From: Myxococcota bacterium
Lineage (GTDB): Bacteria > Myxococcota_A > SURF-8
Direction: 5' to 3'
Length of the DNA: 64,000 nucleotides
Assembly: GCA_963674735.2 (NCBI GenBank)
Contig: CAXXQS010000001.1
Coordinates: 1,696,001 to 1,760,000 of the forward strand
Part shown: positions 1 to 10,188 of the stretch, one piece after another
Layout of the letters: the number at the start of each line of letters is the position of its first letter
Position numbering within the stretch: the first letter of the stretch is position 1
Program-made: the position numbers and the translations under genes
The notes under the pieces: generated by a model
What the model was told of the DNA's origin: nothing
Databases searched by the model: none
Seen by the model: only the letters and a program-made list of their open reading frames with translations

Positions 1-804
1 GCCTTGGGGATCTGGCCGCGCTTCCGTCTGTTTCTCTCCGCCTCCAAAAATCGAGGCCGAAAAACAGCGATTGCCATGCACGGCAATATCCCCGATTACA
101 AAGCTTATTACGGCAAACCGGCTCCGGACGTCTACGGGGTTTACGGCGATCTTTTCAAGCAACATCTTTCGAGCGCCGGAGTACCCGAAACAGCCATCCA
201 TATAATCGGTCGCCCCGACAATCCCGCCCAACCCAAAACGACTTCGAGCAAACACAAAACAAGCACACCACACGTTCTGTTTTTACAACAAACGTTCGGC
301 TCGGAGTTAAGTTGGTTCGAATACGCCATGGCCGTCCACGCATTTTGTCAAGTAGCCCGGCAGCGACCGACCTGGCACTTCACGGTCAAGCTGCACCCGT
401 TTCCGCAAAACGACGGCGCGGAGTTTCGTCAATGCATCGAAATCATGGGGCTTCGCAACCTCGATATTGTCAAAGACCGTTCCATTCCGCAATGCCTCGC
501 GGAAAGCGATGTGGCGGTGGCCTTGTTTTCAACAACCATCCTCGATGCCTTGCAGGCACAAGTTCCGGTCGTCACAATGAATTTTTCCGGTCGTTCCGAT
601 TTGATGCCGTTTGCCGAATTCGGCTTGGCCAAACGCGTAACACATCCCGACGACCTCATTTCTGGAGTTGAATCGGCCATCAGCGATCCTGTTCCCGAAT
701 GGCCCTCTTCCCTCACCCGCCGGTTTGTGGAAAAAGAAGGACGTTCGGCAATGGAGGCCTCCTTAACGATGCTGCAAAATCTTTATCCGGGGAAACAAGA
801 TTGA
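1..804 (+). CDS. Partial GT-B-fold surface polysaccharide protein (CDP-glycerol glycerophosphotransferase/capsule biosynthesis-like); 5' end lies outside the window
   Basis: Frame is open from base 1. Motifs MHG, VYG, IIGRP, VKLHP and STTILDAL are typical of this GT-B family. It sits in a glycan locus. Confidence 0.55.
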   Translation, partial: ALGIWPRFRLFLSASKNRGRKTAIAMHGNIPDYKAYYGKPAPDVYGVYGDLFKQHLSSAGVPETAIHIIGRPDNPAQPKTTSSKHKTSTPHVLFLQQTFGSELSWFEYAMAVHAFCQVARQRPTWHFTVKLHPFPQNDGAEFRQCIEIMGLRNLDIVKDRSIPQCLAESDVAVALFSTTILDALQAQVPVVTMNFSGRSDLMPFAEFGLAKRVTHPDDLISGVESAISDPVPEWPSSLTRRFVEKEGRSAMEASLTMLQNLYPGKQD

Positions 805-1964
805 TGCGGGTTTTATTCGCCTCACCGGTATTCTGTTATCCCGCCGACAATGGCACGAAAAAAGTCAACCTGGATGTGGTTCGACACCTCATTCGTTCGG
901 GACACACCGTCACATATCTCTATCCAGCTCTAGCCCAAAATGCGAATCCGGAAGGATTGCTGGAGAAATTTCCCCACGGATTGAAGCTGGTTTCCAGTCG
1001 CCGCTCCAATCTTTCTCTTCAACGACTGTCTGAATCGTTTCGGTCCCGTTTTCTGGGGCCATTCGGAGTCAACGCCAACAGCTACCTAGCTCCCGCCGAC
1101 TTGCGCCGCGAGGTCGCGCAGGCCGATGCCGTGATCGCCGACTACTGGGTGGTCGCGCGAGATCTTCCGCGCAACACAGCCAAACCCGTCCTGCTTAAAA
1201 TAAACGACATCAGTTGGCCCCGCGTACACGACATGTTCGATGTTCCCGCCTGGCGACGATACCCCACGGCGGCCGCTTTTAAATGGTGTGAGATGCACGT
1301 GTTCAAACGTGCGGAGACTCTGTTTAGCGCCTCTTTCCATGAAGCACAAGCGCTCAACGCCACCGGCTTCAAGGCTTTGCATATTCCCGTCGCCATTGAT
1401 CTCGATGTTTTCAAACCTCAAGCCAGTGAAAACGGTTATGTGCATGCAGCCTTGTTTGTCGCCTCGAATAACAAGGTCAACACCCTGGCGCTTCAATGGG
1501 TGTGTGAAAGGGTCGCCCCTCTCCTGCAACGGACAGTCCCCGACTTTCAATTCCATATCTTGCTCAACAAACCATCTGAGACTTTGCAACATTATTGTGA
1601 ACAATTCGATTTCGTCACCCGCCACGACTGGGTGGACGACCTTGTCGGATTTTACAACCGCTTTCCGGTTGTCCTTTTGCCCTTTCACAACACGACCGGG
1701 GTAAAAATCAAGTTGATCGAAGCTCTGGCATGCGGCCGCGCGGTTGTCTCGACTCAAAACGGCCTGCTTGGCACCGAAGCTCAACAAAATCGAGACGCGC
1801 TCATCGCCGATTCGGACGTTGAATTCGCTCGATCGATCGAACGTGTTTTCAGTGATGGACAGTTGCGACGGTCACTCGAAGAGCACGCCCGACGCTACGC
1901 AGAGAACCATCACGACTTACAAGCCGCTTTCAAACCGCTGGATCATTGGCTGGAAAGTCGGTGA
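804..1964 (+). CDS. Glycosyltransferase family 4
   Basis: N-terminus MRVLFASP and C-terminal GVKIKLIEALACGRAVVST motif. The ATG overlaps the upstream stop. Confidence 0.85.
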   Translation: MRVLFASPVFCYPADNGTKKVNLDVVRHLIRSGHTVTYLYPALAQNANPEGLLEKFPHGLKLVSSRRSNLSLQRLSESFRSRFLGPFGVNANSYLAPADLRREVAQADAVIADYWVVARDLPRNTAKPVLLKINDISWPRVHDMFDVPAWRRYPTAAAFKWCEMHVFKRAETLFSASFHEAQALNATGFKALHIPVAIDLDVFKPQASENGYVHAALFVASNNKVNTLALQWVCERVAPLLQRTVPDFQFHILLNKPSETLQHYCEQFDFVTRHDWVDDLVGFYNRFPVVLLPFHNTTGVKIKLIEALACGRAVVSTQNGLLGTEAQQNRDALIADSDVEFARSIERVFSDGQLRRSLEEHARRYAENHHDLQAAFKPLDHWLESR

Positions 1965-2057
1965 CCTTGAGATTATTGGACAGACATCCAGGTTGGATGC
2001 TAGCATATTCGCGCGTTTTTAAACCGATTACGAACCTTCGACCGACCGAGGATAATC

Positions 2058-3107
2058 ATGCTGGTCCGTGGCAAAGCTCCTTTACGCGTTAGTTTCTCCG
2101 GTGGCGGAACCGACATCACCCCCTATTGCGACGAATACGGCGGTTGCGTACTCAATACCACCATTGGGATGTACATCTATGGAGCCTTGGAAGTTCGAGA
2201 CGATAAACAGGTCCGCATTTTCTCGCTGGACTACCACGAACATATCCAATATGAACTCGGCAGCGAAATCGATGAAGGCGACCACTTCAAATTCCTGAAA
2301 GCGGTCGTGCAACGCCTGAATCCACCGCACGGCTTCAATTTATACTTACACAGCGATGCTCCTCCGGGAACCGGACTCGGCTCGTCGGGCACCGTCTCCT
2401 CACTGATCATCGGCTTGGTGAACCATGCCTTCAATCTCATGCTGACAAAATACGAAATGGCGCAGATGGCCTATGTCGTCGAACACGACGACCTCAATCG
2501 CGCGGTGGGGCGACAAGACCATTACGCCTCCGTGTTCGGCGGCTTCAATTTCATGGAATTCGGCAAGGACGGAACGCTCGTCATCCCGTTGCGAGTGGAA
2601 CCTTGGATTCTCGAAGAACTGACCTATCACCTGCAGATGTTCTATACTCGAAAGAAGCGCGACTCCACCGATATCGTCGCCACCCAAATCGAGTATTACA
2701 AAGAAAAACGCCAAGAAACACTCGACGCCTTGGCGAATATCAAAGACATTTCGCGCCGCATGCAGCGCTGTCTGCTGAAAGGTGAACTCAAACAATTCGG
2801 TTCTCTGCTGCACGAGGGCTGGCTAGCTAAACAGCAGATGAATCCGGGGACAGCCAACCCCTACCTAAATGAGATTTACAGCACCGGACGTAAAGCGGGA
2901 GCCGTAGGTGGAAAAATTCTCGGCGCGGGAGGCGGCGGTTTCTTTATTTTCTACACCCCCTTCACCAAAAAGGGCGAGGTCTCAAAGGCACTCACCAAAA
3001 TCGGAGCCCAGCCGGTACCGTTTGTCCTGGATTTTCAGGGCTTACGCACCTGGGAAGTTCTAGAACAAGACCTCAGCGACGAAACCGGCGGCCTCTTTAA
3101 CGATTAG
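2058..3107 (+). CDS. hddA: GHMP kinase, D-glycero-alpha-D-manno-heptose-7-phosphate kinase-like
   Basis: Motifs KAPLRVSFSGGGTD, PPGTGLGSSG, GRQDHYA and GGKILGAGGGG; GAGG RBS. Confidence 0.8.
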   Translation: MLVRGKAPLRVSFSGGGTDITPYCDEYGGCVLNTTIGMYIYGALEVRDDKQVRIFSLDYHEHIQYELGSEIDEGDHFKFLKAVVQRLNPPHGFNLYLHSDAPPGTGLGSSGTVSSLIIGLVNHAFNLMLTKYEMAQMAYVVEHDDLNRAVGRQDHYASVFGGFNFMEFGKDGTLVIPLRVEPWILEELTYHLQMFYTRKKRDSTDIVATQIEYYKEKRQETLDALANIKDISRRMQRCLLKGELKQFGSLLHEGWLAKQQMNPGTANPYLNEIYSTGRKAGAVGGKILGAGGGGFFIFYTPFTKKGEVSKALTKIGAQPVPFVLDFQGLRTWEVLEQDLSDETGGLFND

Positions 3108-3130
3108 CAAAACTGGAAAGCACGTTTCTC

Positions 3131-3607
3131 ATGTCCGACTGGATCATCAGACCCGCCAATAAAGGCGACATCCCCGCAATTGTTCGTTTCAATTCCGCCA
3201 TGGCGCTTGAGACGGAAGACAAACAAATCGACCAAATCGTTCTGACCCAGGGAATCACCGCTCTTCTGAACAATCCGGAACGCGGTTTTTATACGATGGC
3301 GGAATCTGCAGGGCAATGTGTCGGCCAGGTTATGGTAACGTACGAATGGAGTGATTGGCGCAACGGGACTTTCTGGTGGATTCAATCGGTCTATATCGAT
3401 CCTGCTTGGCGTCGGCGAGGCGTCTACACCTCTTTGTACCGGCATATCCTTAAGCAAGCCCAAGCACAACCGGGGATTTGCGGTTTGCGTCTTTACGTCG
3501 ATCACCACAACCGAACCGCCCAAAACACCTATACCACGCTGGGTATGGCCGCCGCCCATTACGATCTGTTCGAAGTCGATTTCGTCTATAAAAACAAGGA
3601 TCGTTAG
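3131..3607 (+). CDS. GNAT family N-acetyltransferase
   Basis: YEWSDWRNG..WIQSVYI..WRRRGV acetyl-CoA binding motif and N..AQ..Y..LG. Confidence 0.9.
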   Translation: MSDWIIRPANKGDIPAIVRFNSAMALETEDKQIDQIVLTQGITALLNNPERGFYTMAESAGQCVGQVMVTYEWSDWRNGTFWWIQSVYIDPAWRRRGVYTSLYRHILKQAQAQPGICGLRLYVDHHNRTAQNTYTTLGMAAAHYDLFEVDFVYKNKDR

Positions 3608-3754
3608 GACGATTCACCGGCTGTTTTGTTTTCAGAATCCAGCGGATACTGAAAAACCGCGTTTCTGATGCACTGCGTATAGACAAGTCTCAAACCTTCC
3701 TGTATGATGCCGACATCTAAAACAAATCTGGGAAATCCCCAATCGGAGGATGAC

Positions 3755-6538
3755 ATGAGGTTCAAGCACCTGATATTGCTGGCTGTGGTGTTTCTGATCG
3801 GTTTGTCTTTTCTGGCCTGTTCGAGCGACAGCAACGACGAACCCGACGGCGATGCCGGAGATGGGGATATTCCGGACGGCGACCTCCTCGACGGTGACAG
3901 GTCGGACGGCGACGCCCCCGATGGCGACACCCCTGGAGGTCTTGGCGAACCGGTCGACGAAACATTTGGTATAGAAGGCCTGACTGCCGAAGTGAATGTC
4001 GCCTGGGATGAATTCGGCGTTCCGCACATCTACGCCGCCAATGAAGCCGATGCCATGCGCGCCATGGGATGGATTCAAGCGGATCAACGGATGGTCGAAG
4101 CTGAGTTTCTACGAAAATATGCACGCGGCCGCTTAACTGAGCTGGTCCAGGCCATTCCGGACCTGGTAACCGTCGACCTTTTTTATCGCGGCATGTTCGC
4201 CCTCAAAGACGGCGGCGATCTCCTCCAAGCCATTTGGGATATGATGGACGATGATGTCAAAGATCTGCTGCAAGCTCACGCGGACGGATTCAATGCCAGA
4301 CTGGCCAAGTATAAAGAAGATGATTCAGACTGGCCGGCTCCCTTCGATTATTTTCTCATCCTGCAAGGACCGGACAAAACCGTAGACTGGGAACCGCTCG
4401 ACACGATCGCCATCGGCCGTTTGCAGTCCTGGCAACTCGCGCGCACACTGGATGAAGAAATCACCTACACCATGATCCACGAACTATTGCCGGACGACCT
4501 CTTCAACGCGCTTGTTTTCTCCGAACCGACCATACCGTTGTCGATTATGCCGCATGCCGATTCCGTTAAATCGAATACGGTTAGTCCGCAATACGGCACC
4601 CGCCATGGCGAAGCACTGTTGAGAAAACTCACCCGAACCGACTCCATGTTGGATAAAATCCGTGTTTGGGAAAAAATCGATCGCGGTGCCAGCAACAACT
4701 GGGCCGTGGCGCGTCAGTCGGACGGCATCGCCTATCTGTGCAACGACCCGCATTTAGCCCTGCAAACACCCTCCGTCTTTATTCCCATGACCGTCGACGT
4801 CAAAGAACTCGGCGGAGACGATCAGATCTTGCACGCCGGTGGTATCGGTTTCCCCGGTACGCCCGCGTTCATTATCGGCCGTAACGACAAAGTCGCCTGG
4901 GCGCTCACCACCACCAACTACGACGTCCAGGAAGTGTATGAAGAGCAGGTCACGTTCAACGACGATGACGAGCCGGTCTCGGTTCTTTTCAACGGGAATC
5001 AAGTTGACGTCAACAAAGTCGTGCAACAGTTACAAGACGGACATGGCGCAAACCCGGAAACCGTTGAGGAACCCCTGTATTTCGTTCCGCATCATGGTTT
5101 CCTCCTTCCCGACAGTTTCGACACCGAAAGCGGCACGGCGCTCTCCACTCGTTGGACCGGCATGGAACCGACTCTGGAAATCCAGGCCGTCGCCAACATC
5201 CAAAAAGCTCAGGATATCAATGGGGCCTTCGCTGCTCTGCAAGACTTCAAAGTCGGCGCACAGAACTATGTGTTCACCAGTATCGATGGAGAAATCGCCT
5301 ACAATCCCCACGTCGCCATGCCGATCCGCCAAGGTGATCTTGCCGCCCATCCACCGTGGATGGTGCAGCCCGGAACCGGCGAATATGAATGGGACGGCTA
5401 TGTAGCCGAGGATAAACTCCCTACCTTGCGCAACCCGGATGACGGATTCATCATCACCGCCAACAACGACATTATGGGATCGACTCTGGACAATGACGCA
5501 TTGAACGAAGAATGGTATTCGATGTTCTCCGGTGCGGCCGGTTACCGCGCCTACACCATCAAAAAGCGGCTGCAAGACAAACTGGCCGGTGGCGATGTGT
5601 CGTTTGCCGACATGGAAGAAATCCAAAACAGCTATGTCTCCGAAATGGCGACCGATCTGGTGCCAATGCTGCTGGCCATTGCCGACAACGGCGACAACTC
5701 CATCATGGGCGATCTCTCGAACGATGCCTTAGCCGGCTTACAATTGCTTGAAGACTGGAACTTCAAAATGGCTTCCGGTATCGCCGACGACACCGACCCC
5801 ACCGGATCGGCCGCGATAGCCGACATCGATGAACAAAGCGCCGCGGCCGCCGCCACATTCTTCAACTTCTTGCTTGTTCGCCTCGCACACGACCTGATCG
5901 CAGACGAACTAACACCTTACAGCATTAACGGTCTCCCCAGTACTCACACCTTCAAAGTGGTGTTCAAAATGGTGAAGGATTATGTGGATGGCGGACTAGA
6001 CCCCAAGGGAGACTACGTCTCGCCCCTATTCGATAACATCGATACGGCCGCTCCGAACATTGAATCGCCGGAAGATATCCTGCGTGTCGCGCTGGAAAAC
6101 ACAGTAGAAGATATCACCACGAACGAGATCTTTACCGGAACGGCGATTTCGGACGCCTACTGGGGACGCATTCATACGCTGACCATGGAACACCCGCTTT
6201 CGTCCATGACCTCGGATTACAACGTCGGCCCCTTCGGCTTGGGTGGCGGACCCTTCACGGTCAACGTCGCCAGCTACGGCGTCGGATTCAATGTCGATAC
6301 CGAAAGCTATACTTTCGGCAGCGGCCCCAGCCTGCGCATCATCCACGCGGTCAGCGAAGCGGGATTCGAGACCGAGTACACCATCCCCGGCGGTGTCGAT
6401 GGTCGCATGGATTCGGAGCATTTCCTCGATATGTTCGACCTCTGGAAAGCCGGAGAGCGCACCAAACTGTTGATCGCTTGGGATGAAGTGAAAGCAGCCG
6501 GTTACACGAAAATCACGGCTCTTGTCCCTTCGGAATAA
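3755..6538 (+). CDS. Penicillin acylase family (Ntn hydrolase) lipoprotein
   Basis: GGAGGA RBS before ATG 3755, lipobox LAC, DEFGVPHIYA, beta-subunit nucleophile ASNNWAV, and NDPHL. Confidence 0.9.
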   Translation: MRFKHLILLAVVFLIGLSFLACSSDSNDEPDGDAGDGDIPDGDLLDGDRSDGDAPDGDTPGGLGEPVDETFGIEGLTAEVNVAWDEFGVPHIYAANEADAMRAMGWIQADQRMVEAEFLRKYARGRLTELVQAIPDLVTVDLFYRGMFALKDGGDLLQAIWDMMDDDVKDLLQAHADGFNARLAKYKEDDSDWPAPFDYFLILQGPDKTVDWEPLDTIAIGRLQSWQLARTLDEEITYTMIHELLPDDLFNALVFSEPTIPLSIMPHADSVKSNTVSPQYGTRHGEALLRKLTRTDSMLDKIRVWEKIDRGASNNWAVARQSDGIAYLCNDPHLALQTPSVFIPMTVDVKELGGDDQILHAGGIGFPGTPAFIIGRNDKVAWALTTTNYDVQEVYEEQVTFNDDDEPVSVLFNGNQVDVNKVVQQLQDGHGANPETVEEPLYFVPHHGFLLPDSFDTESGTALSTRWTGMEPTLEIQAVANIQKAQDINGAFAALQDFKVGAQNYVFTSIDGEIAYNPHVAMPIRQGDLAAHPPWMVQPGTGEYEWDGYVAEDKLPTLRNPDDGFIITANNDIMGSTLDNDALNEEWYSMFSGAAGYRAYTIKKRLQDKLAGGDVSFADMEEIQNSYVSEMATDLVPMLLAIADNGDNSIMGDLSNDALAGLQLLEDWNFKMASGIADDTDPTGSAAIADIDEQSAAAAATFFNFLLVRLAHDLIADELTPYSINGLPSTHTFKVVFKMVKDYVDGGLDPKGDYVSPLFDNIDTAAPNIESPEDILRVALENTVEDITTNEIFTGTAISDAYWGRIHTLTMEHPLSSMTSDYNVGPFGLGGGPFTVNVASYGVGFNVDTESYTFGSGPSLRIIHAVSEAGFETEYTIPGGVDGRMDSEHFLDMFDLWKAGERTKLLIAWDEVKAAGYTKITALVPSE

Positions 6539-6558
6539 TCATTCGATTCCGCTTGCTC

Positions 6559-6592
6559 GTGGGGAGGCTCGATTAAGCCTCCCCACTTTTTT
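6559..6592 (+). terminator. Intrinsic terminator
   Basis: 11-bp stem GTGGGGAGGCT/AGCCTCCCCAC followed by T6. Confidence 0.85.
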
Positions 6593-6680
6593 CCGCCATA
6601 TAAAAACCTTCCGAAATTGCCCTCCAACAACCTTTTAGGCTATAATACGCAGTTCATGACGTTCAGTTGAGGAGCATGGT

Positions 6681-7505
6681 GTGGATCAATCTGAGATTGT
6701 TATCAAACCTGGGAATTCATTGCGATTTCTCGATATTCGTGAATTGTGGCGATACCGAGATCTGTTCTATTTCCTCGTGCGCCGGGAAATTCTCGTCAAA
6801 TACAAGCAGACCATCTTGGGACCAGCCTATGCGGTCATTCAACCTTTGCTGGCAATGATTATTTTTACTCTGTTTTTCGGCCGGATGGCGAAGTTGCCCA
6901 ACGACAACATCCCATACCCGCTTTTCTATTATGCCGCTCTCGTGCCCTGGAATTATTTCTCGTCCACGATGATGAACGCCGGTCAGAGCCTGGTTTTCAA
7001 CTCGATCATTCTGAAAAAAGTCTATTTCCCAAGAATTTTCCTGCCTTTCGTGCCGGGAATCGCACGGTTGGTCGATTTTTTCGCGGCCTTCGTTTTCCTC
7101 ATTCTTTTAATGATTTTTTACAAGGTAACCCCCGGCTGGGAAATCATGTGGTTGCCCCTCTTACCGGTGATCATGTATCTGGCCGCGACCGGGACCGGCT
7201 TATGGCTAACCGCTCTGAACATCAAATACCGCGATGTTGGCTTTGCTATCGGATTTCTTGTACAACTCTGGATGTTTGCGTCCCCCGTGGTTTACCCCCT
7301 TTCGATGGTGCCGGAGCGCTATCGCTTGCTTTACGCACTAAACCCCATGACGGGTGTCATCGAAGGCTTCAGAACCTGTTTGGTCGGCTCGGGAACCCTA
7401 GACTGGCGCATTTTGGCTATTTCCGCCGGGGTCAGTTTGTCCCTGATTACCACAGGTATTTTCTATTTCAATTCCGTCGAACGCCAGTTCGCAGATGTGG
7501 CATGA
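6681..7505 (+). CDS. wzm: Polysaccharide ABC exporter permease (Wzm-like)
   Basis: REILVKYKQTILG, KKVYFPR, KYRDV and LNPM motifs; about six TM segments. Confidence 0.9.
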   Translation: MDQSEIVIKPGNSLRFLDIRELWRYRDLFYFLVRREILVKYKQTILGPAYAVIQPLLAMIIFTLFFGRMAKLPNDNIPYPLFYYAALVPWNYFSSTMMNAGQSLVFNSIILKKVYFPRIFLPFVPGIARLVDFFAAFVFLILLMIFYKVTPGWEIMWLPLLPVIMYLAATGTGLWLTALNIKYRDVGFAIGFLVQLWMFASPVVYPLSMVPERYRLLYALNPMTGVIEGFRTCLVGSGTLDWRILAISAGVSLSLITTGIFYFNSVERQFADVA

Positions 7506-7512
7506 GGCTCCT

Positions 7513-8778
7513 ATGACGGTCCCGATCATCCAGATCGATCAACTTGGAAAACGCTACCGCATCGGTCGGCAACAAGCGGCAGGACGTTCATCCCGGCAGG
7601 CCTTCAAAGACGCTCTCATCTCTCCGTTTCGGAATCTGAAACGATTGCGCTCACTTACACGCTTCAACGACGATGAAGCAGACGACATCATTTGGGCGCT
7701 CAAGGATATCTCGTTCGAAGTCCATCCGGGAGAAGTGGTCGGAATCATAGGAAAAAACGGAGCAGGAAAAAGCACCCTGCTAAAAATCCTTTCCCGCATC
7801 GTAGATCCATCCACCGGTCAAGCCTTGCTTCGTGGACGTGTCGGCTCATTGTTGGAGGTGGGCACCGGCTTCCATCCGGAAATGACCGGGCGGGAGAACA
7901 TCTACCTAAACGGCACGATTCTCGGCATGCGGAAGCGCGAAATCGACCGTCATTTCGATGAAATCGTCGAGTTCTCCGAAATCGGCAAGTTCATCGACAC
8001 CCCCGTCAAGCATTACTCAAGCGGCATGTATGTACGCTTGGCTTTCGCAGTCGCCGCACACCTGGACTCCGAAATCCTGCTGGTGGATGAAGTGCTGGCG
8101 GTTGGCGATGCGGCATTCCAGCGAAAATGTCTGGAACGCATGAGCGGCGTGTCAAAGGAAGGCCGTACCGTTCTGTTTGTCAGCCACAATATGATGGCGA
8201 TTCAAACGCTTTGCGAGCGGGCCGTTCTCTTGGATCAAGGCCGACTCGCCGATCAGGGCGCTACCGACGACATCGTCAAACAGTACCTTGATATCGGGGT
8301 GGAAAACGGCCTTGAGTGGACTCGCCGCGAGCCTCCCAATGAGAGCGCGTCGATTGACCGGGTTTACCTCGCCGACGACAACCTCAAGCCGATAAAAACC
8401 GTGCAAATGTCCGATTCCATTCGCATGGTAGTCGACTTTACCATTAGACAGCCCATCCCTGAATTAAAAATGAGCCTCGATGTCATGGATGCTTACGGCA
8501 CCCACATCTTTGTATCAACACCGGCCGATTCCGACCTGCCAATGCCCGAGGCCATAGGATCGCATCGCTACATAATTGAATTCCCAAAAGGAATATGGCT
8601 CACTCGCCGCTATGTCTTGCGCGTTAACATGAATTCAAGCAAAACTCATTTTCACGACCATTCCGGAAACATTGAGTTCACCACGGAAGAAGGACATACC
8701 TTTGTCCAAAAAGACGGTCCGGCAACCAAACGTTGCGGCCAGATTGCCCTTCTTTGTCGCTGGAGTAGGAGAGACTGA
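7513..8778 (+). CDS. wzt: Polysaccharide ABC exporter ATPase with C-terminal carbohydrate-binding domain (Wzt-like)
   Basis: Walker A GKNGAGKST, YSSGM signature, LLVDEVLAVGD, and a C-terminal extension. Confidence 0.9.
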   Translation: MTVPIIQIDQLGKRYRIGRQQAAGRSSRQAFKDALISPFRNLKRLRSLTRFNDDEADDIIWALKDISFEVHPGEVVGIIGKNGAGKSTLLKILSRIVDPSTGQALLRGRVGSLLEVGTGFHPEMTGRENIYLNGTILGMRKREIDRHFDEIVEFSEIGKFIDTPVKHYSSGMYVRLAFAVAAHLDSEILLVDEVLAVGDAAFQRKCLERMSGVSKEGRTVLFVSHNMMAIQTLCERAVLLDQGRLADQGATDDIVKQYLDIGVENGLEWTRREPPNESASIDRVYLADDNLKPIKTVQMSDSIRMVVDFTIRQPIPELKMSLDVMDAYGTHIFVSTPADSDLPMPEAIGSHRYIIEFPKGIWLTRRYVLRVNMNSSKTHFHDHSGNIEFTTEEGHTFVQKDGPATKRCGQIALLCRWSRRD

Positions 8779-8780
8779 GC

Positions 8781-10169
8781 ATGCGCGACAAACAAACAAC
8801 CGGCATCGGTTACAATCTCGACCACGCGCGGCACGGTGCGGAGATTTATCGCGATGCTTCAAGTTTAAAGGAACTTCTATCCCTGGCCCTTCAGCCGCTT
8901 GGGCTTGCCAAGCCGGACCAAAAGAGCTTTTTTGCGAATGTAATCAAGCCTGGACAGTCCGTACTCCTCAAGCCGAACTGGGTGCTTCATTACAACAAAT
9001 CCGGCCAGGGGATGGATTGTATGATCACCCACCCCAGCTTTCTACTTACGGTCTTGCAGGAAGTCGTAAAAGCGAAACCGGCGAAAATCGTCATTGCCGA
9101 TGCGCCGGTTCAGGGGTGTCACCTTGAAGAGATATTGACAGAGGATTTCCTCGAACGCGTCGCCGATTGCTGCGGTGACATTCCTTTCGAGATTATCGAT
9201 TTTCGGCGCACGACTGTCCGAGACTTCGACTTGTCTTCAGCCGTCTCAACAGACAGAAGACCCGAATCGAACTACCTTTTATTCGATTTAGGCGTCGACA
9301 GTATGCTCGACCCTATTTCGCAACCGCAAGGCCGCTTTCGCGTAACCCAATACGACCCTGAGTTGCTGGCCCGAAAACATCGCCCCGGTCGCCATCAATT
9401 CCTCGTTGCACGGGAAGTCATGGAAGCGGATGTCGTCATCAATCTTCCCAAGCTGAAAACACACGTAAAATCAGGGATCACCGGGTCACTGAAGAATCTG
9501 GTCGGAATCAATGGGAACAAGGATTATCTCCCCCATCATCGGGTTGGCGGTTCTCAAATGGGCGGAGACTGTTACCCCGGCCGCTCCGTGACCAAACGTG
9601 GCTTTGAGGCTTTACTCGACCGACGAAACCATCATATCGGCCAGCCTCTTCGGTTTCGCCTTTTCAATCGCGCCCTCTTCGAATACCACCGTATCACCAG
9701 CCGATACGGAGCACCAATCGGCCAAAGCATAGAAGGCAATTGGCATGGGAACGATACGATCTGGCGGACGGTTCTCGACTTGAATCGCATCCTTCTCTAC
9801 GGAACGCTCCAAGCAAGCATGGCCGAGACCATTCAACGAAACGTGCTGCACATCACAGACGCGATTGTCTGTGGACAACACAATGGCCCTTTATCGCCCG
9901 AGCCTGCTTCCGTCGGAGCCATTACCGCCTCGTTCTCCTCCGTAGCCGCCGAAACAGCGAATGCCGCCCTGCTTCGCATGGATTACAAGCGAATTCCGCT
10001 CATTCGCGAAGCTTTCGGTCAATTCAAGTGGCCATTGACTGAGCCGAATCCCAATCTGCGGTATGTCCTGAACGGTGAAGCCATCGACTACCGCGAGTTG
10101 GCGAACAAGGCCGGTGTAAACGCCTTAACTCCCGATGGCTGGACCGGTAGTATGGAACTCCTGACCTAA
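8781..10169 (+). CDS. DUF362 domain protein
   Basis: VLLKPNWV, THP and INLPKLKTH..GITGSLKNLVG motifs. Confidence 0.8.
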   Translation: MRDKQTTGIGYNLDHARHGAEIYRDASSLKELLSLALQPLGLAKPDQKSFFANVIKPGQSVLLKPNWVLHYNKSGQGMDCMITHPSFLLTVLQEVVKAKPAKIVIADAPVQGCHLEEILTEDFLERVADCCGDIPFEIIDFRRTTVRDFDLSSAVSTDRRPESNYLLFDLGVDSMLDPISQPQGRFRVTQYDPELLARKHRPGRHQFLVAREVMEADVVINLPKLKTHVKSGITGSLKNLVGINGNKDYLPHHRVGGSQMGGDCYPGRSVTKRGFEALLDRRNHHIGQPLRFRLFNRALFEYHRITSRYGAPIGQSIEGNWHGNDTIWRTVLDLNRILLYGTLQASMAETIQRNVLHITDAIVCGQHNGPLSPEPASVGAITASFSSVAAETANAALLRMDYKRIPLIREAFGQFKWPLTEPNPNLRYVLNGEAIDYRELANKAGVNALTPDGWTGSMELLT

Positions 10170-10188
10170 TTTCGCTTCCAACCCAATC